A stretch of 64,000 nucleotides of DNA. Origin: Patescibacteria group bacterium (lineage in GTDB: Bacteria; Patescibacteriota; WWE3; JAUXAW01; JAYEID01). Both the position numbers and the translations under genes were made by a program. Where the stretch lies: NCBI GenBank assembly GCA_034659915.1, contig JAYEID010000013.1:74917-138916 (forward strand), read 5' to 3'. Numbering within the stretch: position 1 is the stretch's first letter; each line of letters opens with the position of its first letter. Positions 26,774 through 37,090 of this stretch are shown here, piece after piece. The notes beneath the pieces are model-generated. The model was not told the origin of the DNA, made no database searches, and saw only the letters and a list, made by a program, of their open reading frames with translations.

Positions 26774-27406
26774 ATGGATGCTAGAAACACATTACTCCAA
26801 CATTTTATAGTTGCTGTCTTTACTTTAGGGCTGGCTTTTGTATTTAACCAGGTTTTTGGTATTCGCTGGTCCACTTCTTTTGCGCGTGTTTCTTTTATTT
26901 TACTGTTCTTGACATTACTTATTGGTCCTGTAATGAAGTTGCGGAAGCCTAGGGTAGTTTCAACTCCTTTAAAGCTACCCTGGAGTTGGCGAAGCGAGTT
27001 GGGGATTTGGTTTACTATTGCTTCTTTGATTCATGTCTATTTTGTAATGGGTGGGCGACCGAATTGGGATTTGATGAAAGCTTTGGGAGGCGGAATTGGT
27101 GGGGGCGGCTATGGTTTTGCCAATCTTATTGGTTTAGTTGGGTTGGTTTGGGCACTTGTTCTTACTGCTACTTCTTTTGGGAAGGTAATTAAGTGGTTGG
27201 GAGTTGAGTCTTGGCGCTGGCTTCACTCTTTTACTTATGTAATATTTTATTTAGTAACAGCACACTCACTTTATTTTCAGTTCTTCTCAACTTATGGTGG
27301 TGGGCCAGATGCGTTTGGATACATGTACCTTGTAATGTTTTGTGTAATAACAGTTTTGCAACTAGCTGCTTTTGTAAAGATTGTTTTGGGGCAAGAAAGA
27401 AGCTAA
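26774..27406 (+). CDS. Ferric reductase-like transmembrane protein (MsrQ/YedZ-like)
   Basis: WRSELGIW..H, LTATS, WRWLHSFTY..H heme-His pattern. Confidence 0.8.
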   Translation: MDARNTLLQHFIVAVFTLGLAFVFNQVFGIRWSTSFARVSFILLFLTLLIGPVMKLRKPRVVSTPLKLPWSWRSELGIWFTIASLIHVYFVMGGRPNWDLMKALGGGIGGGGYGFANLIGLVGLVWALVLTATSFGKVIKWLGVESWRWLHSFTYVIFYLVTAHSLYFQFFSTYGGGPDAFGYMYLVMFCVITVLQLAAFVKIVLGQERS

Positions 27407-27563
27407 AATATTTTTTACAACCTTCCTGCTATTCTCTCTTCTTTACTACAACCCCGTCTACTTTGGTACAGTTCTAGTATTATTTAAAAATTTTGTTTGA
27501 ATTTGGCTTTGATGAAGTGGGGAATTGGTTGGCACGCTGAGCGTGCCTAAACCACGCTTAGCG

Positions 27564-27637
27564 TGGTTGCCGGGCTAGGATTCGAACCTAGATTTTCGGG
27601 ACCAAAACCCGACGTCCTACCATTAGACGACCCGGCA
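27564..27637 (-). tRNA. tRNA-Gln(TTG)
   Basis: rc TGCCGGGTCGTCTAATGGTAGGACG-TCGGG-TT-TTG-GT-CCCGA...GGTTCGAATCC...CCGGCAACCA. Confidence 0.95.
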
Positions 27638-27741
27638 TGGAAGTATAGGTTTATTATATCAAAAACTTATGTTGAAAGCGAGAACTGAATGTTAATTTTA
27701 TATTTTGTTAACTACCCAGTGTGTTATTCTTGGGATTAAGA

Positions 27742-28413
27742 ATGGATTATTTTTATCTAGTTGGAATATTGCTAGCTTTACCCTTTTGGGTTTTTCTTTT
27801 TATTAGAAAAGAGCACCGAAAAGAAATATTGATAATGGGGTTAATTTTTGGTGTTGCTGCCGTGGTTATTGAACATGCCTATGCTAAATGGGATTACTGG
27901 CACCCAGTTTATATTTTTCCTAAAGTGCCGTTTGAAGATTTTTTATACGGTGTTGTGTATGGTGGTATTAGTTCTGAATTGTATGAGATATTTTGGAAAG
28001 TAAAAGATTCAGAATTCCCAAGACATGAAACATACAAAGAGTTTTTTCTTTTAGGTATATTGCTGGTAGCAGGAACTTTTTGGTTACTTGTAGATACATT
28101 GGCACTAAATTCTATAACCGCGCACATTGTTCCTCCAATTATAGTTGGTATAATTGTAGGCTCCTTGAGAAAGGAGTTGGTTAAGTTCCAGCTTTTTAAT
28201 GGGGTTGTGATTGCTCTGCTAACTTTTGGGGTGTTTAAGCTTTTATTTTTAATTTACCCTGGGATGATAGAAAAATATTGGATGCTGGAGAACTTAAGCG
28301 GTGTTTTTGTACTGCAAGTGCCAGTTGAAGAACTTCTTTTCGCTTTCGCAGTAGGTTTTGGAGCAAGCTGTTTTTATGAGCTAGCTTTTGGGTATGCGTT
28401 GGTTAAAAAATAG
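27742..28413 (+). CDS. Lycopene cyclase domain-like membrane protein
   Basis: Duplicated P(F/V)E(D/E) motifs: DYWHP..PFEDF and VPVEELLF. Confidence 0.7.
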   Translation: MDYFYLVGILLALPFWVFLFIRKEHRKEILIMGLIFGVAAVVIEHAYAKWDYWHPVYIFPKVPFEDFLYGVVYGGISSELYEIFWKVKDSEFPRHETYKEFFLLGILLVAGTFWLLVDTLALNSITAHIVPPIIVGIIVGSLRKELVKFQLFNGVVIALLTFGVFKLLFLIYPGMIEKYWMLENLSGVFVLQVPVEELLFAFAVGFGASCFYELAFGYALVKK

Positions 28414-28468
28414 TTTTTTAATCCTTTTGGTAATTGACATTAACTTCCAAGTTCTCTATCATTGAGTT

Positions 28469-28972
28469 ATGGCAGAAGAAAGAGATTCTGCGCAACAACC
28501 GCAGAAGTCAGATCAAAAAGAAGGATCCTCCTCTTCCAGCTTACGGGCTAATAAAAAATTTCGGCTTGGTGTTATTGCAATACTTTTGATTATTGTAGCT
28601 GTTCTCTTCTTTGTTTGGGAAAAGGCACGGATTATCTTGGTAGTAGCTTTTGTAACTCTACTTGCAGCTTTTGGGCTTGAAGCTACTGAACACGATTGGG
28701 ATTTGGGGAAGTTAATAGAAACTGGTTCTTTCCAAGAATCAAAAGTTGCTCGAGACGCGTCGGGAAATATCCTATTTGACAAGGAAGGCAACATAACAAC
28801 CGATTCCTCTGTAGGAAAACCTGCCGATGATTACAACTGCTCAGACTTTGAAACCCAACAGGAAGCACAAAGGTTTTTTGAGAGGCTTGGTGGAACAGAA
28901 AATGATGTCCACCGCCTTGATGGAGATAATGATGGTATTGCCTGTGAAGCTCTTCCAAGTGAGCGAGACTAA
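28469..28972 (+). CDS. Excalibur calcium-binding domain membrane protein
   Basis: DYNCSDF.TQ.EAQ.FF...[15 protein letters not shown]; TTGACA-17-TATCAT promoter. Confidence 0.88.
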   Translation: MAEERDSAQQPQKSDQKEGSSSSSLRANKKFRLGVIAILLIIVAVLFFVWEKARIILVVAFVTLLAAFGLEATEHDWDLGKLIETGSFQESKVARDASGNILFDKEGNITTDSSVGKPADDYNCSDFETQQEAQRFFERLGGTENDVHRLDGDNDGIACEALPSERD

Positions 28973-29049
28973 ACTTTCTTTTCCCAACTCCAAATAGCTT
29001 CTGGCCGTTTGTTGACTTATTTTTATGTGTTTTGTACCATTAACAGCGT

Positions 29050-29733
29050 ATGTTTGCTAATTTTACACAAGCAGTTTTAGAGTGGGTTCAAAATTACCGC
29101 GCCTTTGGCGTGTTTTTAGGTGGTTTTGCAGAAGCAATAATTGTGCCCATTCCCTCTCCTCTTATTACCATGTCTGCGGGATTTCTTTTAGTTCCTGAAA
29201 GAATTCTTATTCAGGCGTTGCCGCAACTTTTTGCTAAAATTGCTGTACCCTACGCAGTGGGTGCAACATTGGGTAACCTAACAGTTTACTGGCCTACTTA
29301 TTATGCAGGTAAATTTTTTGTAGATAAGTTTTCTAAGTTTTTGGATTTTTCTTGGCGGGATGTGCAGCTTATTAAGTTGAAATTTGATGAGGGTACTTGG
29401 GATGAAAAAATTATTGTTATTCTTCGTGCAGTACCTCTTTTTCCTGTGTCTTTAATTACGGCAGTAGGTGGTGCCTTGCGATTAGAATGGAAAAAGTTTT
29501 TTCTTTTAAGCTGTTTAGGCTTGGTGCCGCGTGGTTTTATTTTAGCTATTGTGGGTTGGTGGTCGAAGGATACTTATATGTCTTTAGCTGAAGGTTTGGA
29601 TAGAGTAGAAACTTATGTTTCTCTGGGTTTTTTAGTTCTAACTTGGGTTGTTTTTTACGTTCTGTATCGCAACAGAGAACGTTGGCTAATTGGTAATTCA
29701 GATCCTTCCAAACTAGAAGACCTCGACAGTTAG
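29050..29733 (+). CDS. DedA/VTT family membrane protein
   Basis: EAIIVPIPS, AGF, LRAVPLFP. Confidence 0.85.
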   Translation: MFANFTQAVLEWVQNYRAFGVFLGGFAEAIIVPIPSPLITMSAGFLLVPERILIQALPQLFAKIAVPYAVGATLGNLTVYWPTYYAGKFFVDKFSKFLDFSWRDVQLIKLKFDEGTWDEKIIVILRAVPLFPVSLITAVGGALRLEWKKFFLLSCLGLVPRGFILAIVGWWSKDTYMSLAEGLDRVETYVSLGFLVLTWVVFYVLYRNRERWLIGNSDPSKLEDLDS

Positions 29734-29783
29734 ATTTAGTTGTCCTTTGTGAGCTTTTAGTTTTTTTCTCGTTAAATAATAAA

Positions 29784-30782
29784 GTGAAAGATAAAAGAAT
29801 TGTTTGCATTGGGGGAGGTACAGGTAGCCTTGTTGTCCTCTCTGGTCTAAAGGAATATACTAACCCCTCAGCAATTGTTTCCATGGCAGATAGTGGGGGT
29901 AGTGCTAAGAAGGAACGCGACGAGTGGGGGCTTTTGCCTGTTTCGGATGTGAGGAAAGCGCTTCTTGCTTTGGCGGAAGTTGATGATGAGCGCTCGCGGG
30001 TTTTGCGCGAACTTTTTAACTACCGGTTTGCAAATGGAGTGGGTTTGTCGGGAATGACTTTTGGCAATTTACTACTAGTTGCTCTTACCAATGTTCTTAA
30101 TTCGCAATCCGATGCAATTCAAGAGGCATCCCGCCTTCTTAACATCAAGGGTGATATTTACCCGGTTACGTATGAGCAAACTAATTTGGTAGTAACTTAT
30201 TCAGATGGGACAGAAATTGTGGGGGAACATGTACTAGATCAATTTTTGGAAAGGTACCCTGAAAAAGAGAACGTGCGGGTAGAAAACTTTTATCTTTTGC
30301 CTTCTGCAGAAGCTAATCCACGTGCGTTAGAAGTGATTGAGAGTGCAGATCTTATTGTTTTTCCACCTGGTGACTTATATGGGAGTATTCTTGCCAATTT
30401 GGCAGTTGGTGGTATACCTGAGGCAGTTTGCAGATCGGGTGCAAAGAAAATATACATAATGAATTTGGTAACAAAATTTGGTCAGACCAATAGTTTCAAA
30501 GCCTCGGGTCATGTGATGGAGCTCGAAGAATGTTTAGGTTGCTCTTTGGATTATATCTTGGTCAATGATGCGCCAATGCCCAAGGGTGTGCTTGAGCGTT
30601 ACAGGGAGGAAAAGTCCTTTCCGGTGGTCGATAATTTAGGGGAGGACAGACGGGTTATTCGAGGTGATTTTTTGGCTGAAGAGCTACCACGGAAACAGGA
30701 GGGTGATAAGTTAAAGAGAAGCTTTGTTCGCCACGATCCGGCTAAACTTGCCAAGACACTGAGTGATTTGGGATCCTCGTAA
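29784..30782 (+). CDS. yvcK: YvcK/CofD-like gluconeogenesis factor
   Basis: IGGGTG, ADSGGS, LFNYRF, FGNL, ADLIVFPPG, RHDP. Confidence 0.9.
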   Translation: MKDKRIVCIGGGTGSLVVLSGLKEYTNPSAIVSMADSGGSAKKERDEWGLLPVSDVRKALLALAEVDDERSRVLRELFNYRFANGVGLSGMTFGNLLLVALTNVLNSQSDAIQEASRLLNIKGDIYPVTYEQTNLVVTYSDGTEIVGEHVLDQFLERYPEKENVRVENFYLLPSAEANPRALEVIESADLIVFPPGDLYGSILANLAVGGIPEAVCRSGAKKIYIMNLVTKFGQTNSFKASGHVMELEECLGCSLDYILVNDAPMPKGVLERYREEKSFPVVDNLGEDRRVIRGDFLAEELPRKQEGDKLKRSFVRHDPAKLAKTLSDLGSS

Positions 30783-30819
30783 GCTATTTTCTTTAATATT
30801 TCTGTGATAAAATTTCGTT

Positions 30820-30940
30820 ATGAGTATTTCTTGTGCAGATTTGCAGGAAGAAACAAAGAAAATTTACGAGCGCAATGGGTGGGAGACTAATTCAACATTG
30901 CTCACTGTGGCTATGGGGGAGGAGTTGGGTGAACTTTGGT
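30820..30940 (+). pseudogene. MazG-like NTP pyrophosphohydrolase N-terminal fragment
   Basis: DLQ...W....AMGEELGEL, then similarity lost in palindromic DNA. Confidence 0.5.
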
Positions 30941-31159
30941 GTTTCTCTACGGACTCAGGGCTCAATCTTTTGTCCTTCGACTCCATCCCCCGACCTGTTG
31001 GGAGACGTCGCTCAGGACCAAAGAAATTCTAGAGCTCATTTTATTCGCTAAGTAGCCCCGAACCAGAATTCCGGCAGACTGGAATACGGTTTAGGGCTTA
31101 ATTCCGACCATCTAAATTCTCGGAAGAATTTAGGGTCTCATTAAGGGAGGTGATAAATT

Positions 31160-31681
31160 ATGGCATTTGAAAAAGATTTTAGAAAGCATCCATCCCAACG
31201 AGTGGGAGTTTTTGTAGATGTTCAAAATATGTATTACTCAGCAAAAAACCTTTTTGATGGTGCGAAGGTAGATTTTGGGCAGGTCCTTTCTGCTGCTGTT
31301 TCTGGGCGCCAACTAATTCGGGCAATGGCTTATGTAATTCGTGCTGATGTAGGAGAAGAAGAAGCTTTTTACGAGGCACTTCAAAAACAAGGTTACGAAG
31401 TTATGGCTAAGGAATTGCAGGTTTTTGCTGGTGGTGCAAAAAAAGGTGATTGGGATGTAGGATTGGCAATTGATGCTATTCGTGCTGCTGACAAGTTGGA
31501 TACTATTGTGTTAGTTGGTGGTGATGGCGACTTTGCTCCTTTGGTAGATTATTTGCAAAACAATAAAGGCTGTCGTGTGGAAGTGGTTGCGTTTGAAAAG
31601 ACTTGTTCCAGTAAGTTAATTGAGGAGGCGGATGACTTTTTGGATTTGGGTAGTGATAAAGAGCGGTTTTTGATAGAGTAA
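31160..31681 (+). CDS. NYN/LabA/DUF88 PIN-like protein
   Basis: FVDVQN, KGDWDVGLAID, GDGDF, ADDF. Confidence 0.92.
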   Translation: MAFEKDFRKHPSQRVGVFVDVQNMYYSAKNLFDGAKVDFGQVLSAAVSGRQLIRAMAYVIRADVGEEEAFYEALQKQGYEVMAKELQVFAGGAKKGDWDVGLAIDAIRAADKLDTIVLVGGDGDFAPLVDYLQNNKGCRVEVVAFEKTCSSKLIEEADDFLDLGSDKERFLIE

Positions 31682-31737
31682 CGGATTTAAGATATGTTTT
31701 CGCTTCAAGCATTTATTCTTATCCATTACGTGCTATA

Positions 31738-31873
31738 AAATCCCAAAATTCAAATTACGAGTTCCAAAGGAATATAAAATTCTGAATTGCAATTTTTAGA
31801 TTTAAATATGGTTGTAATTTGGTAATTGGTGTTTGTGATTTGTTTGTATCTTGGTATTTGGGATTTGGTGCTT
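31738..31873. repeat. Inverted pair of degenerate 7-nt arrays
   Basis: aaatccc-aaaattc-aaattac-gagttcc ... tttggta-attggtg...ggtattt-gggattt-ggtgctt. Confidence 0.65.
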
Positions 31874-31881
31874 AAGTTATA

Positions 31882-33774
31882 ATGCGCAAACTTTTAGTAG
31901 GCTTTTGTATTGCAATTGTTTCAGTTTTAATTTTCCCCTCTAACCTTTTCGCTAAGGATTATTCTATTGGTGCAGTCGATATAAATGTTGATATTTACCA
32001 AGACCGTTCTTTTGAGATAACTGAATCCCGTGTATATAACTTTGACGGGAGCTTTTCTTGGGCAGATTTGTGGATCCCAACTAGGGTCACTCGCAACGGG
32101 AACAGTTATGACGTTTCTATTTCTAACTTTGAAGTTCGGGATGAGACTGGAAATTTGCTTGAAACAGAGACAAGTCAAAGAGAGGGTAAATTTTATGCTA
32201 AGTGGTTTTATTCTGCCCAAAATGAGAACAAAACTTTTATCTGGACCTACCATGTAGAAGGTGATGCAATTAAGAAATATGAGGATATTGCAGAGTTTTA
32301 TTGGCGGGTAGTTGGGGATGAATGGGAAAAATCAGCTGGACCTGTGTCTGTTCTTGTTCGGTTGCCTTCGGGGGCAGAGGAAGAAGAAATTCAAGTTTAT
32401 GGTCATTTGCCAACAGATGCGCTCTTAGATATTGGTGGTCCCAAGAAAACTGACTCAGAAATTATTGACTCGCAAACTGTTCGGTTTACTGTTCCTAGGC
32501 TGCCTGCAGAAACCTATTTGGAGGTGCGAGTTCTCTTTCCCCCACAGCTTGTTTCTGGTCCAATCTCGGGAAAAAAATCTTTGGAAGAAATAAAAGTAGA
32601 GGAGAAGCAATTTGTAGAACAAACAGTTGCTACTTCTAAAAGAAGGCAGCTGGTTGCTAAGGCAGTTCTGGGGTATGTGTTTATTGTTATTCCTCTTTCT
32701 ATTATTGTTTGGCTTTACTTTTATTGGCAGGCTTGGAAAAGGAAGGGCAGAGAGTACCAGTTTCCAGATATTCCCAAATATGTGCGGGAGTTACCTTCGG
32801 AGTTACCGCCAGCTATGGTTGATGTTCTTTTGAGGCAGGGCGGCAAGCCCAGTACTGATGCTTTTGTAGCTACTATTTTTGACTTAGCGCGAAGAGGGTA
32901 TATCTCTTTGAAAGATGAAACAGAGATAAAAGCCGGTCTTCTACAAACTAGAAAAAAGATAAAGACAAATCTGATCCGCCAAGAAAAGGACATTAACGAG
33001 CTACGTGACTTTGAACAGATGATTTTAGAAATTCTTTTTAAGACTATTCCTGAGGGAAAGGATGGTAGCTTGTTTGGTGTTGTTGGTGCTGCTTTGGGTC
33101 AGGGTCAGGGTGAAGATCAAGCTGAATCTTCGTCGGAAGATGTTATACAGTTTGGCGATGTTGAAAGCTATATTAAAAATCACCAGCAGAGTTTCCGCAG
33201 GTGGTTTGAGCAGTGGCAAAAGGAGGTTGTGAATGAGGCAGAGGTTGGCGGTTATTTGGAAAAAGAGGGGAAAGAGCTTGCTAAGAAATTTTGGGTTATG
33301 TCAGCTTTGCTTTTATTTTTTGGTTCTCCAGTTATTCTTTTGGGAATTTTTCTTATTCCTAATCTCAAGCGGTGGAAAAAGGAGTGGGCAAGGGAAGCAG
33401 CGGAGTGGGTAGCTTTTCGTAAATTTTTGGATGACTTTTCTAGTTTTGAAGAGATTCCTCCCGAAGCTTATAAACTGTGGGAGTATTATTTGGTTTACGG
33501 TGTTCTTTTTGGGAATGCTGAGGCGATTTTGAATGCTTTGCCCGTGATTTTTGAAAACCCCCGCGCTGCGCAGCCTACTTGGTACTTAACAACTTCTGGT
33601 GGAAAAATTTCGGGAGCATCTCTTTCTTCAATTTCTTCTATGACTAATAGTATTGCCAATTTAAACTCTTCAATGCGTTCTGTTTCAGCCTCTTCTATGT
33701 CCTCTGGTAGTGGGGGTGGTTTTTCTGGTGGTGGGGGAGGGGGTGGTGGGGGTGGTGGAGGCGGTGCTGGCTAA
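31882..33774 (+). CDS. DUF2207 membrane protein
   Basis: EFYWRVVG, ATIFDLARRGYI, WEYYLVYG, poly-Gly tail. Confidence 0.9.
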   Translation: MRKLLVGFCIAIVSVLIFPSNLFAKDYSIGAVDINVDIYQDRSFEITESRVYNFDGSFSWADLWIPTRVTRNGNSYDVSISNFEVRDETGNLLETETSQREGKFYAKWFYSAQNENKTFIWTYHVEGDAIKKYEDIAEFYWRVVGDEWEKSAGPVSVLVRLPSGAEEEEIQVYGHLPTDALLDIGGPKKTDSEIIDSQTVRFTVPRLPAETYLEVRVLFPPQLVSGPISGKKSLEEIKVEEKQFVEQTVATSKRRQLVAKAVLGYVFIVIPLSIIVWLYFYWQAWKRKGREYQFPDIPKYVRELPSELPPAMVDVLLRQGGKPSTDAFVATIFDLARRGYISLKDETEIKAGLLQTRKKIKTNLIRQEKDINELRDFEQMILEILFKTIPEGKDGSLFGVVGAALGQGQGEDQAESSSEDVIQFGDVESYIKNHQQSFRRWFEQWQKEVVNEAEVGGYLEKEGKELAKKFWVMSALLLFFGSPVILLGIFLIPNLKRWKKEWAREAAEWVAFRKFLDDFSSFEEIPPEAYKLWEYYLVYGVLFGNAEAILNALPVIFENPRAAQPTWYLTTSGGKISGASLSSISSMTNSIANLNSSMRSVSASSMSSGSGGGFSGGGGGGGGGGGGGAG

Positions 33775-35138
33775 TTACTAGATACCTCAATAAAACTTCC
33801 ACTAAGGATTTTTGCGCTTGGACCCATTTGCTTCTTGTCTAAGAGAACGGTGCTTTTTGCAGGGCGGTTGGTAGCTTTTAAGTAATCTTTTATAGTTGAT
33901 CCCTCAGCTACAGGAACTACTCCTAGTTCTTTATCAATAACATATATATCTGGCTTTAAAACTTTTTCTGCAAGCTCACCCAAAAATTGCTCACTTTCTT
34001 CTTTCATAAAGTTTTCTTGCCATTCAATAAGTTTCTGTGTCCAGTACCGAATTTTTTCTACTTTTTCAGAATCTGTTTGTGCATGGGTTAGATGGATTGC
34101 TAAGCCAAAATCTGCACGTTGGTGCATGTTCTTGTCTCGAATTTGTATCTCAAAAATGGAGCCTGAGTTTTTGTCAAAAACGCGGGTATGCAAAGCTTCG
34201 TAACCGTTGGGTTTTGGTTGAGCAATAAAGTTACTAATTCCCACATGAGGTACGGGTTTGTAGTTTTCGTGAATAATTCCCAAAGCAGTGTAGCAATCTC
34301 TTTTTTTGGGAACTACTACACAGGTTATTACTAAGTCGTATACTTCGTCTAAATTTTTATTAATTTCTTTGCGGTGAAGTTTAGCAAATAGACTGTACCA
34401 ATTTTTTCTGCGAGTTTCAGTTTTAATAAGTTTTAGCGGTTCTTTTTTAAAAATATGCTCTAATTCAAAGTTTATCGCTTTAATTATCTCTTCCCTTTTA
34501 TCCATTGCTTGTTTTGCATACTCTGTTACCCATTGAAAGTCTTTTGGTCTTTGGGTTTTAAAACACAGTTCACGTAGGTCACCACTTACCTCGCTCATTC
34601 CCATCTTGTATGCTAGGGGAGCGTATACAGATCTTGTTTCTTCCGAAAGCTTGCTTTGGGCTTGTGGAGAAAGGTATTGGATAGTTTTCATATTGTGCAA
34701 TCTGTCTGCTAATTTTATAACTACTACCCGAAGATCTTTAGACATGGCTAAAAACATTTTCCTCAGGTTATTGGCGAACTTTTCTTTCTTATTTCTATGA
34801 AAATCAACCTCGCTTACTTTTGTTACACCATCTACCAGGTTAGTGATTTGGGATCCAAACTCCTTCCTGATATTACTGAGGGTAAGGGGTGTATCTTCCA
34901 CTACGTCATGAAGCAACCCTGCGCAAATGCTTTCGGTGTCTTGTTCCCATTTATTAAGGTTTTTTGCTGTTTCAAGAGGGTGAATAAAGTAAGGTTCGCC
35001 AGATTTTCTTAAGTCGCCCTGGTGTGCTTTCTGCGAAAAATCTAAAGCCTTTTTTATTTTTCGCAAATTAGGGTTTTGGGGGTTGTTTTTTAGTTCTTTT
35101 AGAAAAATGTTTCTTGCAGTGTCGAGATTATATTCCAT
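33771..35138 (-). CDS. RelA/SpoT homolog, intact hydrolase, degenerate synthetase
   Basis: RKSGEPYFIHP, HDVVED, KLADRLHN intact; synthetase motifs altered. Confidence 0.88.
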   Translation of the reverse strand: MEYNLDTARNIFLKELKNNPQNPNLRKIKKALDFSQKAHQGDLRKSGEPYFIHPLETAKNLNKWEQDTESICAGLLHDVVEDTPLTLSNIRKEFGSQITNLVDGVTKVSEVDFHRNKKEKFANNLRKMFLAMSKDLRVVVIKLADRLHNMKTIQYLSPQAQSKLSEETRSVYAPLAYKMGMSEVSGDLRELCFKTQRPKDFQWVTEYAKQAMDKREEIIKAINFELEHIFKKEPLKLIKTETRRKNWYSLFAKLHRKEINKNLDEVYDLVITCVVVPKKRDCYTALGIIHENYKPVPHVGISNFIAQPKPNGYEALHTRVFDKNSGSIFEIQIRDKNMHQRADFGLAIHLTHAQTDSEKVEKIRYWTQKLIEWQENFMKEESEQFLGELAEKVLKPDIYVIDKELGVVPVAEGSTIKDYLKATNRPAKSTVLLDKKQMGPSAKILSGSFIEVSSN

Positions 35139-35221
35139 AGTTTGTGCTATTTTCTAATTCCTCCCTGTTTTTGTCAATAATTCTCTTAAATTACTAGTAA
35201 TGTTTATGGTACCATGCCTAT

Positions 35222-37006
35222 ATGATTTTAAAGAAGTTGAAAAAAAGTCTGAAGTCATTTTTACAAATTTTTCTTACGCGGGATTTTTGGATTTATTTTT
35301 CTAGTTCCTTGCTATTAGCTTTTTCAATAATTTTCTTTGCGTATCATTTAGCTTACGCTAGGAAAACTATTCCTGGAGTGCGAATGTTGGGTTTGGATTT
35401 AAGTAATAAGAGTGAACGCCAAACACTATCTCTACTAAAACCGCGTTTGGTGGAACTGGAATCTGCTAATTTGCAATTTTCTTATCAGGATAAGGTATTT
35501 TCTAAGAGTATGTATGAATGGGGTGTTCGTTATGATGCAACCTCTTCTGCCCAAAAAGCATTTGCTTTTGGAAGAAGTGGTCATGTTTTTAAGACAACTA
35601 AGGATAAGTTTCAGGCTGGTACGGCGGGAGTTTCACTTCTACCAGTAGCTTCCATTGACGAACAATCTTTTTCCGCTACTTTGTCTGAAGTTGCTGCTGA
35701 TGTTGGCAAGCCAAAGGAGAATCCCTATTTTGCACTGGTTGAGGGTTCTTTGGAAGTTGTACCTGGTGAGAGTGGTTACGAGATTGATGAGAATAGCTTC
35801 CAAGAACTGATCTTGCGGGCGGCGCAGGAGCTTGACTTTTCTCAAAAAGAATTACCAATAGAAGAAGTGGAGCCAGACTACACTAAAGCAGATCTGGAAA
35901 ATTTAGAGGTTGAGGTAGCGGAACTGTTGGTTTCCTCGCCCAAGCTTACGTTTGGATCTCGCACTTGGACCCTGTCTGAGCAAGAAATTCTTAAGCTTTT
36001 GGATTTCGAAGTAGCACCTGAAAATCCAAACAAAATACAAATTACTACTAATGAGGAGGGGCTTAGTTCTTTTGTTTCCTCCTTAGCAGCCTCCATAAAC
36101 CAACCAATGCGCGGCGGTACTTTTGAGCTTCAGGATGGGCGTGTTATTGATTTTGCTTTACCCCAGCCAGGGTATCACTTGAAAGAAGAAGAGGCAAAAC
36201 AAGTAGTTTCGGAAGTTGTTCTTGATCTCGAGAAAAGCGAAGTTGAATTGCCGGTGGAAGTTAAGGATGTACAGGCTAATGCAAATCAGTATGGAATTCG
36301 TTCTTTATTAGGAACAGGATCTTCCAATTTTAGCGGTTCTAGTTTGGGTAGAATTCATAATATTGACCTTGCCTCGTCCCGGCTGGATGGTATTTTGATT
36401 CCTCCTGGCGAAACTTTTTCTTTCAATGAGACGTTGGGTGACGTAAGCTCAGAAACCGGATACAAGACCTCCTATGTTATAAAGGATGGGCGTACTATTT
36501 TAGGGGTGGGTGGTGGAGTTTGTCAGGTTTCAACTACTATGTTCCGGGCAGCTCTAAATGCGGGGTTGCCAATTGTGGAGCGCGCAGCACACGCCTACCG
36601 AGTTCACTATTACGAGCAGGATAAGGGACCGGGGTTTGATGCTACTGTGTATTCCCCCTCGCCAGATGTTAAGTTTGAAAATGATACCCCAGCTCATGTG
36701 TTAATCAAACGTTATTACAACCCATCTACCTCTACCTTGCAGTTTTCTTTCTATGGTACTTCTGATGGGCGTACTGTTAATATTGTGGGTCCCATAATTC
36801 ATTCTCAGACCCCTCCCCCGGAGCCAGAGTATATTGAAGATGAATCACTAGAACCGGGAGAAACAAAGCAGGTTGATTGGGCAGCTTGGGGTGCTAGGGT
36901 TACAGTGAAAAGAAAAGTGACCCGGGGTGGGGAAGTTTTGCATGAAGATAATTTTTATAGCAGTTACCAACCTTGGCGAGCTGTGTATTTAGTAGGGAAG
37001 GAATGA
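35222..37006 (+). CDS. VanW family protein with PG-binding-like and G5-like regions
   Basis: RIHNI, PGETFSFN, GGGVCQVSTT, GFDATV. Confidence 0.92.
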   Translation: MILKKLKKSLKSFLQIFLTRDFWIYFSSSLLLAFSIIFFAYHLAYARKTIPGVRMLGLDLSNKSERQTLSLLKPRLVELESANLQFSYQDKVFSKSMYEWGVRYDATSSAQKAFAFGRSGHVFKTTKDKFQAGTAGVSLLPVASIDEQSFSATLSEVAADVGKPKENPYFALVEGSLEVVPGESGYEIDENSFQELILRAAQELDFSQKELPIEEVEPDYTKADLENLEVEVAELLVSSPKLTFGSRTWTLSEQEILKLLDFEVAPENPNKIQITTNEEGLSSFVSSLAASINQPMRGGTFELQDGRVIDFALPQPGYHLKEEEAKQVVSEVVLDLEKSEVELPVEVKDVQANANQYGIRSLLGTGSSNFSGSSLGRIHNIDLASSRLDGILIPPGETFSFNETLGDVSSETGYKTSYVIKDGRTILGVGGGVCQVSTTMFRAALNAGLPIVERAAHAYRVHYYEQDKGPGFDATVYSPSPDVKFENDTPAHVLIKRYYNPSTSTLQFSFYGTSDGRTVNIVGPIIHSQTPPPEPEYIEDESLEPGETKQVDWAAWGARVTVKRKVTRGGEVLHEDNFYSSYQPWRAVYLVGKE

Positions 37007-37090
37007 GAGGTTGCCTCTTTAACCTCCGGGGGCCTATTTTTATCTATTCAGTTTAGTTTTTTCTGATTACAAGTTACCAGTTACGAATTA

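Noticed and set aside
27742-28413. Carotenoid biosynthesis locus
   Set aside because: Lone lycopene-cyclase-like domain with no crtB/crtI neighbours
33700-33771. G-rich tract as a G-quadruplex element
   Set aside because: Encodes the normal poly-Gly tail of DUF2207 proteins
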